From a virus, in the IMG/VR virus record IMGVR_UViG_3300028578_000003, positions 32,001 to 96,000 of that record: 64,000 nt of DNA; one strand, written 5' to 3'. Position 1 is the stretch's first letter. Every line of letters begins with the position of its first letter. Both the position numbers and the translations under genes were made by a program. This document shows, one piece after another, positions 16,414 through 26,250 of the stretch. The notes beneath the pieces were generated by a model, which was given only the letters and a program-made list of their open reading frames with translations, was not told the origin of the DNA and did no database searches.

Positions 16414-18182
16414 ATGCCTCGCAAGATGATCCTCGCCCCGCACCATGACCAGAACCTCAGTTTGGGATGGCTCGGCGTGTCCTGGATTGAGTTTTTTGTC
16501 CGGCACGGGCCCGGCGACGTCCAGGGCCAGCCGGTGCGGCACGGCGAGGAATACACAGAGTTTCTCGTCAACGCGTACGCGGTCGGTGAGCACGCCCGCA
16601 ACAACCACCTGCTGTACGACTCCGTGTTCTTGAGCCGCCCCAAGGGCCGGTGGGCCCCCACCGGGCAACTGGTGGGGGCCCACCGGCCTGACAAGGCTGC
16701 GACAAGAGCGGTCTCGCCGGCCGCATCTGCCTGTTCGAGGCGTTCGGCCCCTGCCGTTTCGCCGGATGGGCGCGCGGAGGCGAAACCTACCGTGACCCTT
16801 ACGGGTTCGGGTTTGAGTACACGTATGCCGAGGGTGAGCCGATGGGCCGGCCGGTCGTGGCCCCGTTCGTGCGGATCTGCGCGACCGAGGAGAACCAGAC
16901 GGGCAACACCTACCGGACCGTCTACTACAACCTGACGGACCGGGACTGCCCGCTGTATCACTGGCCCGGCCACGACGCCGGCAAGCGCGAGGTGTTCCTC
17001 GCCGACGGCGGCGAAATTCGCAGCAGCACAGCCAGTGCGGCCAGCAAAGATGGTGGCCTCGAAACGCATTCCACAATGGACGAAAGTCACCTCTATACGA
17101 CCGCTGAGTTGCGGGAGATGAAAGACGTCGTCGCCGCGAACATGTGGAAACGCAAGCGTGGCGCCGGCACCTGGTATTTGGAAACGACGACCATGTATGA
17201 GCCCGGCGAGGAGTCCGCCGCCGAGGCCACGTACAACGAGGCCGCCGCTCTCGCCGAAGGCCGTAAGCGGCGGGGCTCCCACCGCCTATATTTTGACCAC
17301 AGGTGGGGAGAGGTACCCGACCTGCACGACGAGCCGGTGCTGCGCCAAGGCCTACGGGACGCGTACGGCGACGCGATGGCCTGGATGGACGAGGACTCGC
17401 TCGTCGACCAGGTCTACGACACCCGGACCAGCGAGAACCGGGTGCGGCGATTCATGCTGAACGCGCAGACCAGCGCGAAAGACGCGTGGATCAAGTACGA
17501 GCAGTGGATCGCCTGCAAGGACTCCACGAAGGAGCTCCGGCCCGGCGACATGGTGTGCCTGGGCTTCGACGGCTCGGTGGGTGGCCCGGACGCGGACGCG
17601 ACCGCGCTGGTGGCGTGCCGGGTCTCGGACGGGCACATCGAGCTGATCGGCTGCTGGGAGAAGCCCGACGGGGTCGAGGGTGAGGACTGGCGGGTTCCGC
17701 GCGAGGAGGTCGCCGCCGCGGTCTACCAGGCCCGCGCCGACTACCGCGTGGTCGGCATGTACGCCGATCCGCCGCACTGGGACGACTACCTCGACGTGTG
17801 GCACCGGGAGTTTGGGCACGAGATGCTCGTGCAGGCCACCCAGAAGAGGCCCCTGGAGTGGTGGACGGCCAGGCCGACGCAGATGGTGTCGGCGTTGCTG
17901 CGGTTCCACACCGCGGTGCTCGAACGGCGGGTCACCTACACGCCGGCGGAGGACCGGGTCGGGCGTAAGGCGGAGCTCACGCTGACGCTGCAACGCCACG
18001 CCCTTAATGCCAGGGAAGATCGACGCCGGTCGGGGTTGCACATCCGGAAGGAATATCCGAAATCACCCAGGAAGATCGATGGGGTGATGGCTGCCGTGCT
18101 CAGCTACGAGTGCCGGCAGGACGCGATCGCCGCCGGCGTCGACGCGGCGAGCGACTGGTTCATGCCGAAGCGGATCCGATGA
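16414..18182 (+). CDS. terL: terminase large subunit, interrupted by a 50-nt insertion (16648-16697)
   Basis: The first frame gives SLGW...HGPGDVQG...SRPKG. A shifted frame from 16698 gives CDKSGLAGRICLFEAFGPCRF...ATEENQT, DESH, LGFDGS, D.TAL, KIDG. Removing the 50 nt yields one ORF. Confidence 0.9.
16645..16688 (+). other. 20-bp stem / GCAA tetraloop hairpin inside terL
   Basis: GGCCGGTGGGCCCCCACCGG-GCAA-CTGGTGGGGGCCCACCGGCC with one G-U pair. Confidence 0.9.
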
Positions 18183-18326
18183 GAGCTGCCGGCCCGGGAC
18201 GGAGTGTGGGACCTTCCGGGCCGGCTACACCATCCACCAGGGGCGCCTGCCGCGCGGCGGGCGAAAGAACGTCCCCGTACCCCGCGTGGGGTCGGGGGGG
18301 AATCCACGAGGGGGGAGGTGAAGAGG

Positions 18327-18599
18327 ATGGACACCAAGACGAAGGTCGAAGCGGTCGAGGCCGGCGACGCGGTGAAGGTGGTCGACGAGCACTACGTCGA
18401 GCACGTCGCGTTGGTTACCACGGTCCACGGCGAGTTCAGCGAGGCGTTCACGCCGTGCATCAACGTCGTGTACGTGTCGAAGGACCCCGCTAAGCGAGAC
18501 CCGAACGGTCGGCAGATCGAGCGGATGTCATCGCTGCAGCACTACTCGCAAGGTCCGGACAAGATGCCCCACCCGGGCCGCTACTGGATCAACCTGTGA
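18327..18599 (+). CDS. hypothetical protein
   Basis: SD GGAGG; 90 aa. Confidence 0.7.
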   Translation: MDTKTKVEAVEAGDAVKVVDEHYVEHVALVTTVHGEFSEAFTPCINVVYVSKDPAKRDPNGRQIERMSSLQHYSQGPDKMPHPGRYWINL

Positions 18600-18704
18600 T
18601 CCATGCCGGAGCGCTACTACCTACCGATGAGGCGGGGAACGCGCCGAGGCGCCCGGCGTGGGGAATCACGAGCAGGGCCGGCCATCGCGGGTAGCCTGCT
18701 GATC

Positions 18705-19010
18705 ATGGGTAAGCGGTGGGAAGGCGTCGGTGTCACACCACGCGACTTGACGGCCGGCGCGGTCGTCATGGTGCCGGCCGGTCAGGTCAGCGCGGCGGCG
18801 AACGGCGGGCCCTGCATCATCGCGTGGGCCGTCGTGGTAGGACCCGACGATTACGACGACGCCGTCGGGCCTAAGGCCAAGTGGTGGCTCGACGTCTACA
18901 CAGGCGGCCCGGGAGCGCCGCCTCTGCCGCAGGCGTACCGGGCCGAGGAGATCCTGGGTGTGCCGGCGCTCGGCCTGAGCCATGAGGGCGCGCCACCCCG
19001 ACCGGCCTGA
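18705..19010 (+). CDS. hypothetical protein
   Basis: C-terminal part of track ORF 18603..19010; start uncertain. Confidence 0.55.
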   Translation: MGKRWEGVGVTPRDLTAGAVVMVPAGQVSAAANGGPCIIAWAVVVGPDDYDDAVGPKAKWWLDVYTGGPGAPPLPQAYRAEEILGVPALGLSHEGAPPRPA

Positions 19011-19017
19011 CCGTATT

Positions 19018-20091
19018 TCAATACAGCATGTCGCGGGGTACCTCGGTCTTGTCCGCCAGGTCGTCGACCGCCTCCCGGACGGCGGCGACGTACTCGCGCA
19101 GGTGTTCGTCCACGATCTCGCGGGAGGCCCTGGCGAAGGGGTCGGGCGGACGGGTCTGAAGCTGGACCGTCTGGACGAGGTCGGCCGGGTCCGCGGGGAA
19201 GCACCCCTCGAACATCACGTCCCCCGACTCGACGTCGACGAGCCGCCACGCACTGGCGGGCAGGTCGTGGTCGAGGACGATCGGGACGTCGCCGACCCTG
19301 TCCCGCGCGGACCGTCCGGACCTCACGGCGTGGATTGCCTCGAGCGCTCTGTGCCCGACACGCAGTTCCCGCCTCGGCGGCGGCCGGCCCTCAACCCAGA
19401 CGCCGAGCCGGTCGCGGCGGAACGCGTTGGTGGGCTCGGTATTGATCTCCCTGGTGACGTCGTCGACTGACAGCCACGGCGCCGAACCGTACGCGTCCGC
19501 TGGCCGGTCGGGGTCGTGCTCGTACAGCTGCTCCATGTACGCCTGCGAGACCTTGCCGTCCTTCGGCCAGCCCGGGGGACGCGGCGGCGGCGTGAACAAC
19601 GGTTCCGGTGTGCCGGGCGGAGCGAGCCACACTTCCCCGATGACGTTGCCGTCGTCGATGTAGCCGACGTTGTCCCACGTGCCTACCAGCTGCTGCCAGT
19701 ACCGCTGCCGCAGGTACTCGGTGTCCTGCTTCTGCTCCAGCTCCGGCTCGTTGGAGGAGGGCAGAAGCGGAAAGTCGGCCTCGAACACGGCCGAGTCGGT
19801 CTGCTTCACCCACCGGCCCCGCGCCGGTTCTGTCTTCTCCGCCCGCATGGCGGCGTGCCACAGCTGGTAGATGTCTGACGCGCTCGGTGTGACTGACAGG
19901 TTCGCCGGCCGCGGCGGCGGTGGTTCGGCGGCGAGCTCGGCGAACCGGTCACGGACGCGCCGGACGTCGATGTGGGCCTGTGCCGGTTCGCCGTCGTGGA
20001 CGTCGACGAGTTCGGCGAACCGCTCGCGGTCGATCGGGCTCATGCCCATGCGCACGCGGTCGTACCGCGCTCTGGAGATCGGCAACCTCAT
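19018..20091 (-). CDS. hypothetical protein, antisense to the head operon
   Basis: 357-aa ORF exactly filling the gap before the portal. Confidence 0.7.
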   Translation of the reverse strand: MRLPISRARYDRVRMGMSPIDRERFAELVDVHDGEPAQAHIDVRRVRDRFAELAAEPPPPRPANLSVTPSASDIYQLWHAAMRAEKTEPARGRWVKQTDSAVFEADFPLLPSSNEPELEQKQDTEYLRQRYWQQLVGTWDNVGYIDDGNVIGEVWLAPPGTPEPLFTPPPRPPGWPKDGKVSQAYMEQLYEHDPDRPADAYGSAPWLSVDDVTREINTEPTNAFRRDRLGVWVEGRPPPRRELRVGHRALEAIHAVRSGRSARDRVGDVPIVLDHDLPASAWRLVDVESGDVMFEGCFPADPADLVQTVQLQTRPPDPFARASREIVDEHLREYVAAVREAVDDLADKTEVPRDMLY

Positions 20092-20124
20092 TCTCGCAGG
20101 CTAGCCACCGAGGGGAGGGACCGG

Positions 20125-21645
20125 GTGATTCCCGACAGTGACAGGCCGCTCACCCCAGGCTGGTACTTCAAGACCCTGTTCAACCAGCTGTGCGACCGGG
20201 CCCGCCGCGAGCGCCTCGAGCTGCTGAACAACTACCGGGTAGGGAAGGCGCCGCTGCCGCAGGGTGCTGAGCGGGCCCGGGAGGCGTACGAGGCGTTCAT
20301 GAGGATGGCGCGGACGAACTACGCCGAGTTGGTGGTGTCCGCTCTGGCCGAGCGGATGCGGATCACGGGATTCACGTCGGCGACCGACTCCGACGCGACC
20401 GGCGACCCGGACCTGGCCAGCTTGTGGGAGCGGGCCGGGCTGAACGTCATCTCCTCCGACGTGCACATGGGGATGCTGTCGCTGTCCGAGTCGTACGTGA
20501 TCGTCGGCGCGGTCGACGAGGACACCGACGCGGCGGTGGTCACGTACGAGGACCCACGGTTCATGATCGGGATGCCGGATCCGGACAAGCCACGCAGGCT
20601 GGTCGCCGCCCTGAAAATCAAGTACGACTTGGCCGACGACATGGACCGCGCCTACCTGTTCCTGGCGGGCAAGACCTTCGCCCCGGGCGCGAACGCGCAG
20701 ATCTGGGTGGCCGAGCGCAAGGCGATGGGCCGCATGGGGCCGCTGGGCGGCTTCTACGACAAGGAGTGGGACTGGGTGCCGGCCCGCTCCGGCGCGCTCG
20801 CCCACGACCGGATCCCCGTGGTGCAGTTCGCCAACAAGGACAACCTGGGCGAGTACGAGCCGCACGTCGACGTCCTAGACCGAATCAATCACCAGATACT
20901 TCAGCGGATGACGGTGGCGGTCATGCAGGCCTTCCGCCAACGCGCTGTCAAGAATCTGCCATCGGTCTATCCGCAGGGCCACCCGAAAGCCGGCCAGGAG
21001 ATCGACTACGGGAACATCTTCGTCTCCGACCCGGCCGCGGTGTGGCACCTGCCGCCCAACGCGGAGATGTGGGAATCCACCGTGGTGGACCTGCGGCCGC
21101 TGCTCGAAGCGGTCCGCGAGGACGTTATCGGGCTCGGTGCGGTCACTAAGACGCCGCTCTACTACCTGATGCAGGGCGGGGAGAACCAGTCCGCCGAAGG
21201 CGCGGTCGCGCAGCGGGAGAACCTGACCTTCAAGGCCAAGGACCGCATCGAGCGGTGCAAGTCCCTGTGGGTCGACGTCGTCATCCTCATGCTCCTGCAG
21301 GCCGGCGCCACCGACCGCCGCGCGCTGGCACGGATCGCGTCGATCTGGGCGGCGCCGGAACTGCTGTCGCTCGCCGAGCGGGCCGACGCCGCGTCCAAGG
21401 CGCAGAACGACATCCCGCGCCGGTCCCGGCTGCGGGAGATCTGGGGCTTCGACCCGGCCACCGTCGACCGGATGATGACCGAGTGGGCTGACGAGCTGCT
21501 GCTCGCCCAGCAGGTCGCCGTCGCGATGGCCAGCGCCGCCCCGATCGGGGCGGCGCCCGCCCAGCCGGCGCTGCCCGGCGCACCCAACCAAGGCCAGCCG
21601 GCATTGCCGGCCGGGCCCGCGCCCGCCCAGCCGGCGGCCGCGTGA
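20125..21645 (+). CDS. portal protein (SPP1 gp6-like)
   Basis: RTNYAELVV, IPVVQFAN, DRIN, QAFRQR, NQSAEG; SD GGGGAGGG; synteny. Confidence 0.9.
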   Translation: MIPDSDRPLTPGWYFKTLFNQLCDRARRERLELLNNYRVGKAPLPQGAERAREAYEAFMRMARTNYAELVVSALAERMRITGFTSATDSDATGDPDLASLWERAGLNVISSDVHMGMLSLSESYVIVGAVDEDTDAAVVTYEDPRFMIGMPDPDKPRRLVAALKIKYDLADDMDRAYLFLAGKTFAPGANAQIWVAERKAMGRMGPLGGFYDKEWDWVPARSGALAHDRIPVVQFANKDNLGEYEPHVDVLDRINHQILQRMTVAVMQAFRQRAVKNLPSVYPQGHPKAGQEIDYGNIFVSDPAAVWHLPPNAEMWESTVVDLRPLLEAVREDVIGLGAVTKTPLYYLMQGGENQSAEGAVAQRENLTFKAKDRIERCKSLWVDVVILMLLQAGATDRRALARIASIWAAPELLSLAERADAASKAQNDIPRRSRLREIWGFDPATVDRMMTEWADELLLAQQVAVAMASAAPIGAAPAQPALPGAPNQGQPALPAGPAPAQPAAA

Positions 21646-21705
21646 GCGCTGGGGGAGCGGCCGCAGTGATGTCGCGATCCACCGCACGCAGAGAGGGACA
21701 CCCGC

Positions 21706-21939
21706 ATGATCTACGTCTACGCCGAGACGGCCCTGGCGGCGCTCGACTGGGCGCGAAGGCAGGAATGGCGGCCGCGCGACTACCGCGTCACCGGTGCCCG
21801 CAGCCCTGCTGCGGACGGCAGGCAGTTCCGGCCAGATGACCGGATCATCGTGGTCGGTGACCTCCCCGCGGAAGCGGCCGAGACGCTCGCCCGCAACCAC
21901 CGCAAGTCACCCGACGCGCCAGCGATCGAGTACCGGTGA
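21706..21939 (+). CDS. hypothetical protein
   Basis: SD GAGAGGGA; 77 aa. Confidence 0.65.
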   Translation: MIYVYAETALAALDWARRQEWRPRDYRVTGARSPAADGRQFRPDDRIIVVGDLPAEAAETLARNHRKSPDAPAIEYR

Positions 21940-22050
21940 GCTGACCGCTCACCACCACGAGACACCCCCTTAACAGGGCCCCCCGCCAGAGGCCACAAGC
22001 CTGCAACCTGGCGGGGGGCCGCCATACCTCGGCTGATTGGAGGGCCCGCG

Positions 22051-22473
22051 GTGCTGCTGCTGCCCGCCCTTTACCACTGGTCGCCCGTTGACCGGTTCGA
22101 GCAGATCCGCCGGGAGGGTTTGCGGCCGCACGCCCAGCCGGCGGTCGCGTCGATCAGCCTGTGCTACGTGTGCCTGTCCCCCACACCGTCGGCGGCGTGG
22201 GGGCTGTCCGGGGACATGCCGTACATGAGCGAGGTCGACGAGTGGGACCTGTGGCAGGTACGGCTGGCCAAGGGCGACGAGGTGCACATACGGCCCAACT
22301 TCGGGCCAGAGATCGAAGAGATCAAGGTCCACGGGCCGATCCCCCCGGATCGGGTCTGGTGGGTGGCGCGGCGCGGGTCGACGCCGGCGACGGTCTGCCT
22401 CGAGGTACCCAAGCCGGCGGCGAAGAAGGCCGGGAAGAAGGCCACCATCAAGAAGGTCGACGACCGTGCGTAG
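22051..22473 (+). CDS. Tpt1/KptA-like ADP-ribosyltransferase-fold protein (putative)
   Basis: LYHWS...IRREGLRP...VCLS...GPIPPD spacing. Confidence 0.5.
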   Translation: MLLLPALYHWSPVDRFEQIRREGLRPHAQPAVASISLCYVCLSPTPSAAWGLSGDMPYMSEVDEWDLWQVRLAKGDEVHIRPNFGPEIEEIKVHGPIPPDRVWWVARRGSTPATVCLEVPKPAAKKAGKKATIKKVDDRA

Positions 22474-22641
22474 CTCAGCCGCGGTGGCCGACGAAACCGC
22501 CAAGGCCGTCCTCACCGCCCACCAGCGCCGCGACTTCGGGAGCTGTCTGTGCGGCTGGGACGAGCTGGGCAAGTCCCATCCCGGGCACCAGGTCGCCATG
22601 CTCCGCGAAGCTGGCCTACTCAAGGACCAGCTCGTGCACCC

Positions 22642-23115
22642 TTAGCCAGAGCGGTGGCGGGCCGACCAGGGGTGGACCAGGAGCTCCACGTCGGCGGGCA
22701 GAGCCGGGATTCCCCTGGTCGCGGCCCGGTAGTCCTCACACGCCCAGTCGCTCTTGCAGGCGTCGCAGGTGACGTGGCAGACACCGTCGCGGCACTTCAT
22801 CCACGGCCCTGGGTGGCCGCTGCACCTTGGGGTGTGCCGTTCGATGATGTCGCGGGCGCCGGCGTACGCCGCGGCGGCGGCGTTGCGCAGCTCGGCGACC
22901 AGGCGGGCGTCAGCACCACGCGCCTCGCGGCCGACGCTGCCGAACACCGCCAGGGCCCGGGCCGGGTCCTCGCCGACGGCGGACACCCCGACGATCGGCA
23001 TCTTCCCGCGTTGCGCGGCCGCGAACCACGGCCCGGACGTCGCCTCCCGCTCAGTCTTCTCCGCCCTGGCCAACGCGGTCAGGACGGCGTCGTGCAACCT
23101 GGACGCTTGATCCAT
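22642..23115 (-). CDS. hypothetical protein
   Basis: MDQASRLH...ATSGPW...ADARLVA...H.P...CDAC..W.C, a pattern common in actinophage hypotheticals. Confidence 0.6.
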   Translation of the reverse strand: MDQASRLHDAVLTALARAEKTEREATSGPWFAAAQRGKMPIVGVSAVGEDPARALAVFGSVGREARGADARLVAELRNAAAAAYAGARDIIERHTPRCSGHPGPWMKCRDGVCHVTCDACKSDWACEDYRAATRGIPALPADVELLVHPWSARHRSG

Positions 23116-23147
23116 TTCGCGACCGTACCGGCGGACACAGCAAGGAG

Positions 23148-23288
23148 ATGATCGACGTGCCGATCGGCTTCTACAGCTACCTGAACGAGTGGCCGAGCGG
23201 AAAACACCGTAAGCCCCGGGTTGGGCGGCCGCCCCGCGACCGGAAGAAGATCGGGGCGGCGCGCAAGGCCGCACGGCGGAACCGGTGA
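23148..23288 (+). CDS. small basic peptide
   Basis: AAGGAG upstream; ...GKHRKPRVGRPPRDRKKIGAARKAARRNR. Confidence 0.45.
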   Translation: MIDVPIGFYSYLNEWPSGKHRKPRVGRPPRDRKKIGAARKAARRNR

Positions 23289-23445
23289 GTGGGGGCCGGC
23301 GACCCGGGCGAATCGAAAGGGTGGCGCCCAACTGGCCCTGCCCAACCATCCCACCCACTAAGTGGGGCGGGCGGGCTGACGCCTTCAACCGGGTTCTGTT
23401 CCTGGCCATGCGGACCGGCCCCCGCCGGCCACGATAGTCGAGGGG

Positions 23446-24597
23446 GTGCCGGTGACCACGCCCGTACAGGCCCCTCCCCCGCAGCAGATGACGGCGGCGC
23501 AGCTGGCCGCGCTGCTCGCGCTCGTGCAGGCGCAGGCGGCGACCCGCCAGCAACTCACCCAGGCGGCGATCGCCGCGGCGCTGGCGCCGCTGACCGCGTT
23601 CACCGCGTGGTGGGACAGCGCGGCGGTGGACCGGCTCATCGACCAGATCCTGCGGGTCGTGCAGCCGATCCAACGGCAGGCCGCGACGCTCACCGACGCC
23701 TACGTCACCCGGGCCTCGACGATCATTTCCGGCCGGACGCAGCGCCCGGCCGGCGTCGTCGACATCACCCGGCTGCGGCGGGCGATGACCGAGCAGGTCG
23801 CCGACGAGATCCTGGCCGGGGTGCGCCGTTCGGTGCGGGTGGAGCTCGGCCAGCTCGCCGAGCAGCCCAGCAGCCGAGTGGAGCCGACCCCCGGGTGGGG
23901 GCTCGAGCACGACCGGGACGCGCAGGACCCCGCCGACGCGTACGGGCGGATCGCGGACGGGTTCCGGTACGCGACCACGGTGCTCGGCGACTCACCGGAC
24001 CAGGCCCAGGCGAAGGCGCGGGTGCGGATCGCGAACGTCGCCGAGACCGACGTGACGTTGGCGGTCAGGGAGCAGTACCGCAAGAACCTCGGCGCGCAGG
24101 GCGCGACGGCGTGGCGGCGGATCCTGCATCCGGAGCTATCGCGGACGGGCCCGTGCGGGCTGTGTGTGGTGGCGGCGGACCGCATCTACTCCACCGAGGA
24201 CCTGCTCCCACTCCACAACAGGTGTGTCTGTGAGGTTTTGCCCGTCTATGGGCGGGTCGACCCGGGGATCCACCTCAACGGCGACGACCTGGCCGCGTTG
24301 TACGCCGCGGCGGGCGGGAACACCCGCGAGAAACTGCGCCGGATCTCGGTGGTGATGACCGAGCACGGCGAGCTCGGCCCGATCCTGGTCGACGGCGCCC
24401 AGCACTACCGGTCGCCGGAGGATGTCGCCCGCACGTACGCGTCCTCCCGGCGGGTGCGCGAGCAGGCCATCCTCGACGCGTTGCTGCCCCGCTACGAGGC
24501 CACCCGGTACCGGGTGGAGCGCGGCGACCCGCTGGAAAAAACGCTGCGTTGGCAGACCGACCGTATTGAAGAGTTGCGGCGGTCACTGTCAAGCTGA
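23446..24597 (+). CDS. minor capsid / MuF-like head morphogenesis protein
   Basis: WRRILHPE...CGLC...PLHNRCVC motif; lies between portal and scaffold. Confidence 0.75.
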   Translation: MPVTTPVQAPPPQQMTAAQLAALLALVQAQAATRQQLTQAAIAAALAPLTAFTAWWDSAAVDRLIDQILRVVQPIQRQAATLTDAYVTRASTIISGRTQRPAGVVDITRLRRAMTEQVADEILAGVRRSVRVELGQLAEQPSSRVEPTPGWGLEHDRDAQDPADAYGRIADGFRYATTVLGDSPDQAQAKARVRIANVAETDVTLAVREQYRKNLGAQGATAWRRILHPELSRTGPCGLCVVAADRIYSTEDLLPLHNRCVCEVLPVYGRVDPGIHLNGDDLAALYAAAGGNTREKLRRISVVMTEHGELGPILVDGAQHYRSPEDVARTYASSRRVREQAILDALLPRYEATRYRVERGDPLEKTLRWQTDRIEELRRSLSS

Positions 24598-25014
24598 AGG
24601 TCCCTACCGGGGCCGGTCCGGAGGCAGGCAAAAGACCGGCCCCGGGTTTCAGCTGAGAATCAAGGCGGCCGCCCAGCGGGCCACGAACGCGCAGATCGCG
24701 GAGAACAGCTCGTCGCGGAGCGCGCAGGCCAACGCGTCACGGAGCCGCCATGGGCCCTGACCAGGCAATGAACCGGCGCCGTTCATTGCCTGAGGCGTAT
24801 TAAACACCTCGCGCCGCCGGGCGTTGAATCGCTGAGTGTTCCGCATGGACTCAGCGTCGCTCCCGCAACGCGTCCCACAGCCCGATCTGGTCTGTCCGCG
24901 GATGTCCGCGCGCTCTCACAAAAGCTCCGGGGCCCCCTTCACGCTGGTCGCTGGTGACGCCAGCGTGTGGGGGCCCCGGGTCCTATCCCATCGCATGAAG
25001 GAGCCCACCCGCTC

Positions 25015-25650
25015 ATGAACGTGACCACGACAGAGGCCGGACCCGAGACGACGCAGGCCCCGCTGAAGCCTGGCGCCGCTGTCATCGAGTGCATCGAACA
25101 GCACCCCGGTCCGGACCGCTACGAGTTCGTTGGCACCGGCTCGATCCTCGCCCCCAACCTCGTGCGGATCAACGGTGTCGCCATCTGGTGCACGGACGTC
25201 GACCCGGTCGTCGTGCAGTCCGTGCACATCGACGGGACCTGCAAGTCATCGTTCGTGGTGCGGGTGCGGATGTCGGCCCGGCTGGTCAACATCGGGGACA
25301 TCCCGGTGTCGGTCGGCGGTCCCGGGGCTGAGCCCGGCGACAGGAACCGCGCTGCCATGCTGGAGATTCCACTGTCCGGTGAGCTGCGGGCCGGGCAGCT
25401 GCTCGAACCGCCGTACGTGTACCTGAACGGCAACCCGCTGTACATCGGCGGGCCCGTCGAGGTGGAGCGGATCCGTACGCCGTGGGGCGGCGGGATCGGG
25501 CACACGGCCACGGTGGTCGTGCCGCTGCTGTGCCGCCGGTTCACCGTCGACGACGAGGTGGTGCCGGAGCGCGACGTGACGTGGCCGAGCCGCCGGATCC
25601 TGCTGGATGACGGGCCCGCCGCCGGCGCGGCGGACGCACCGGCGGAATAA
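25015..25650 (+). CDS. hypothetical protein with two similar halves
   Basis: SD GAAGGAG; PNLVRING and PPYVYLNG repeats. Confidence 0.7.
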   Translation: MNVTTTEAGPETTQAPLKPGAAVIECIEQHPGPDRYEFVGTGSILAPNLVRINGVAIWCTDVDPVVVQSVHIDGTCKSSFVVRVRMSARLVNIGDIPVSVGGPGAEPGDRNRAAMLEIPLSGELRAGQLLEPPYVYLNGNPLYIGGPVEVERIRTPWGGGIGHTATVVVPLLCRRFTVDDEVVPERDVTWPSRRILLDDGPAAGAADAPAE

Positions 25651-25688
25651 TATTTCTCGGCCGTCCTAAATGGACGGAAGGAGTCGAC

Positions 25689-26006
25689 ATGTTGACGAAG
25701 GTCACGGTCGAGATCGTCGACCGAGACGACCCGGACTTCGGTGAGTACGAGTCGAAGACCATCACCGAGCTCGGCTGCGGAGAGCAGGCGGCGAAACAGG
25801 CCGCCGTCGCCAGGCAGACAGCTCACGCGGTCCGCGACCTGCTGGCGGGAAACCCAGCCGTGTTCACCGACGGCCGCCAGTTCCGTGTCCGCGTGCACCG
25901 CTCGTGCCCGCACCGCCCCGGCGGTTGCCCGGGCGGCACGCCGTCGCCCGCGGCCCTCATGCGGGAGTACACCGCACATCCCGGCTCGCCTGCCGGCAGC
26001 AACTAG
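25689..26006 (+). CDS. hypothetical protein
   Basis: SD GAAGGAG. Confidence 0.65.
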   Translation: MLTKVTVEIVDRDDPDFGEYESKTITELGCGEQAAKQAAVARQTAHAVRDLLAGNPAVFTDGRQFRVRVHRSCPHRPGGCPGGTPSPAALMREYTAHPGSPAGSN

Positions 26007-26146
26007 TCGACCGCTGTAAAGGCGGTTTGGTCACACGTGCCCACGAACGCCGGCGTAGCCGCCCGGAGATCCGAAGCCCACATAGGGGTCGGCGCTAGGC
26101 GGTGAGGCCGACCGACGGCTGTGCGCGTGACCTGCCCCCGGACCGT

Positions 26147-26177
26147 GAAGCCCCCGCTTGTGTTGCGGGGGCTTCTT
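26147..26177 (+). terminator. intrinsic terminator-like hairpin
   Basis: GAAGCCCCCGC-loop-GCGGGGGCTTC-TT. Confidence 0.55.
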
Positions 26178-26250
26178 GCTGTCCGGGTTTCTTCACGCCT
26201 CGAGCCCGCAATGGGCGACGGGCACCCACCAACCCGAAATGGGGAAGCAA

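Noticed and set aside
16648-16697. Intein or IS in terL
   Set aside because: Only 50 nt, out of frame, with no splicing motifs or transposase.
24649-24846. 65-aa minus-strand ORF
   Set aside because: No clear RBS or motif; too weak to call.
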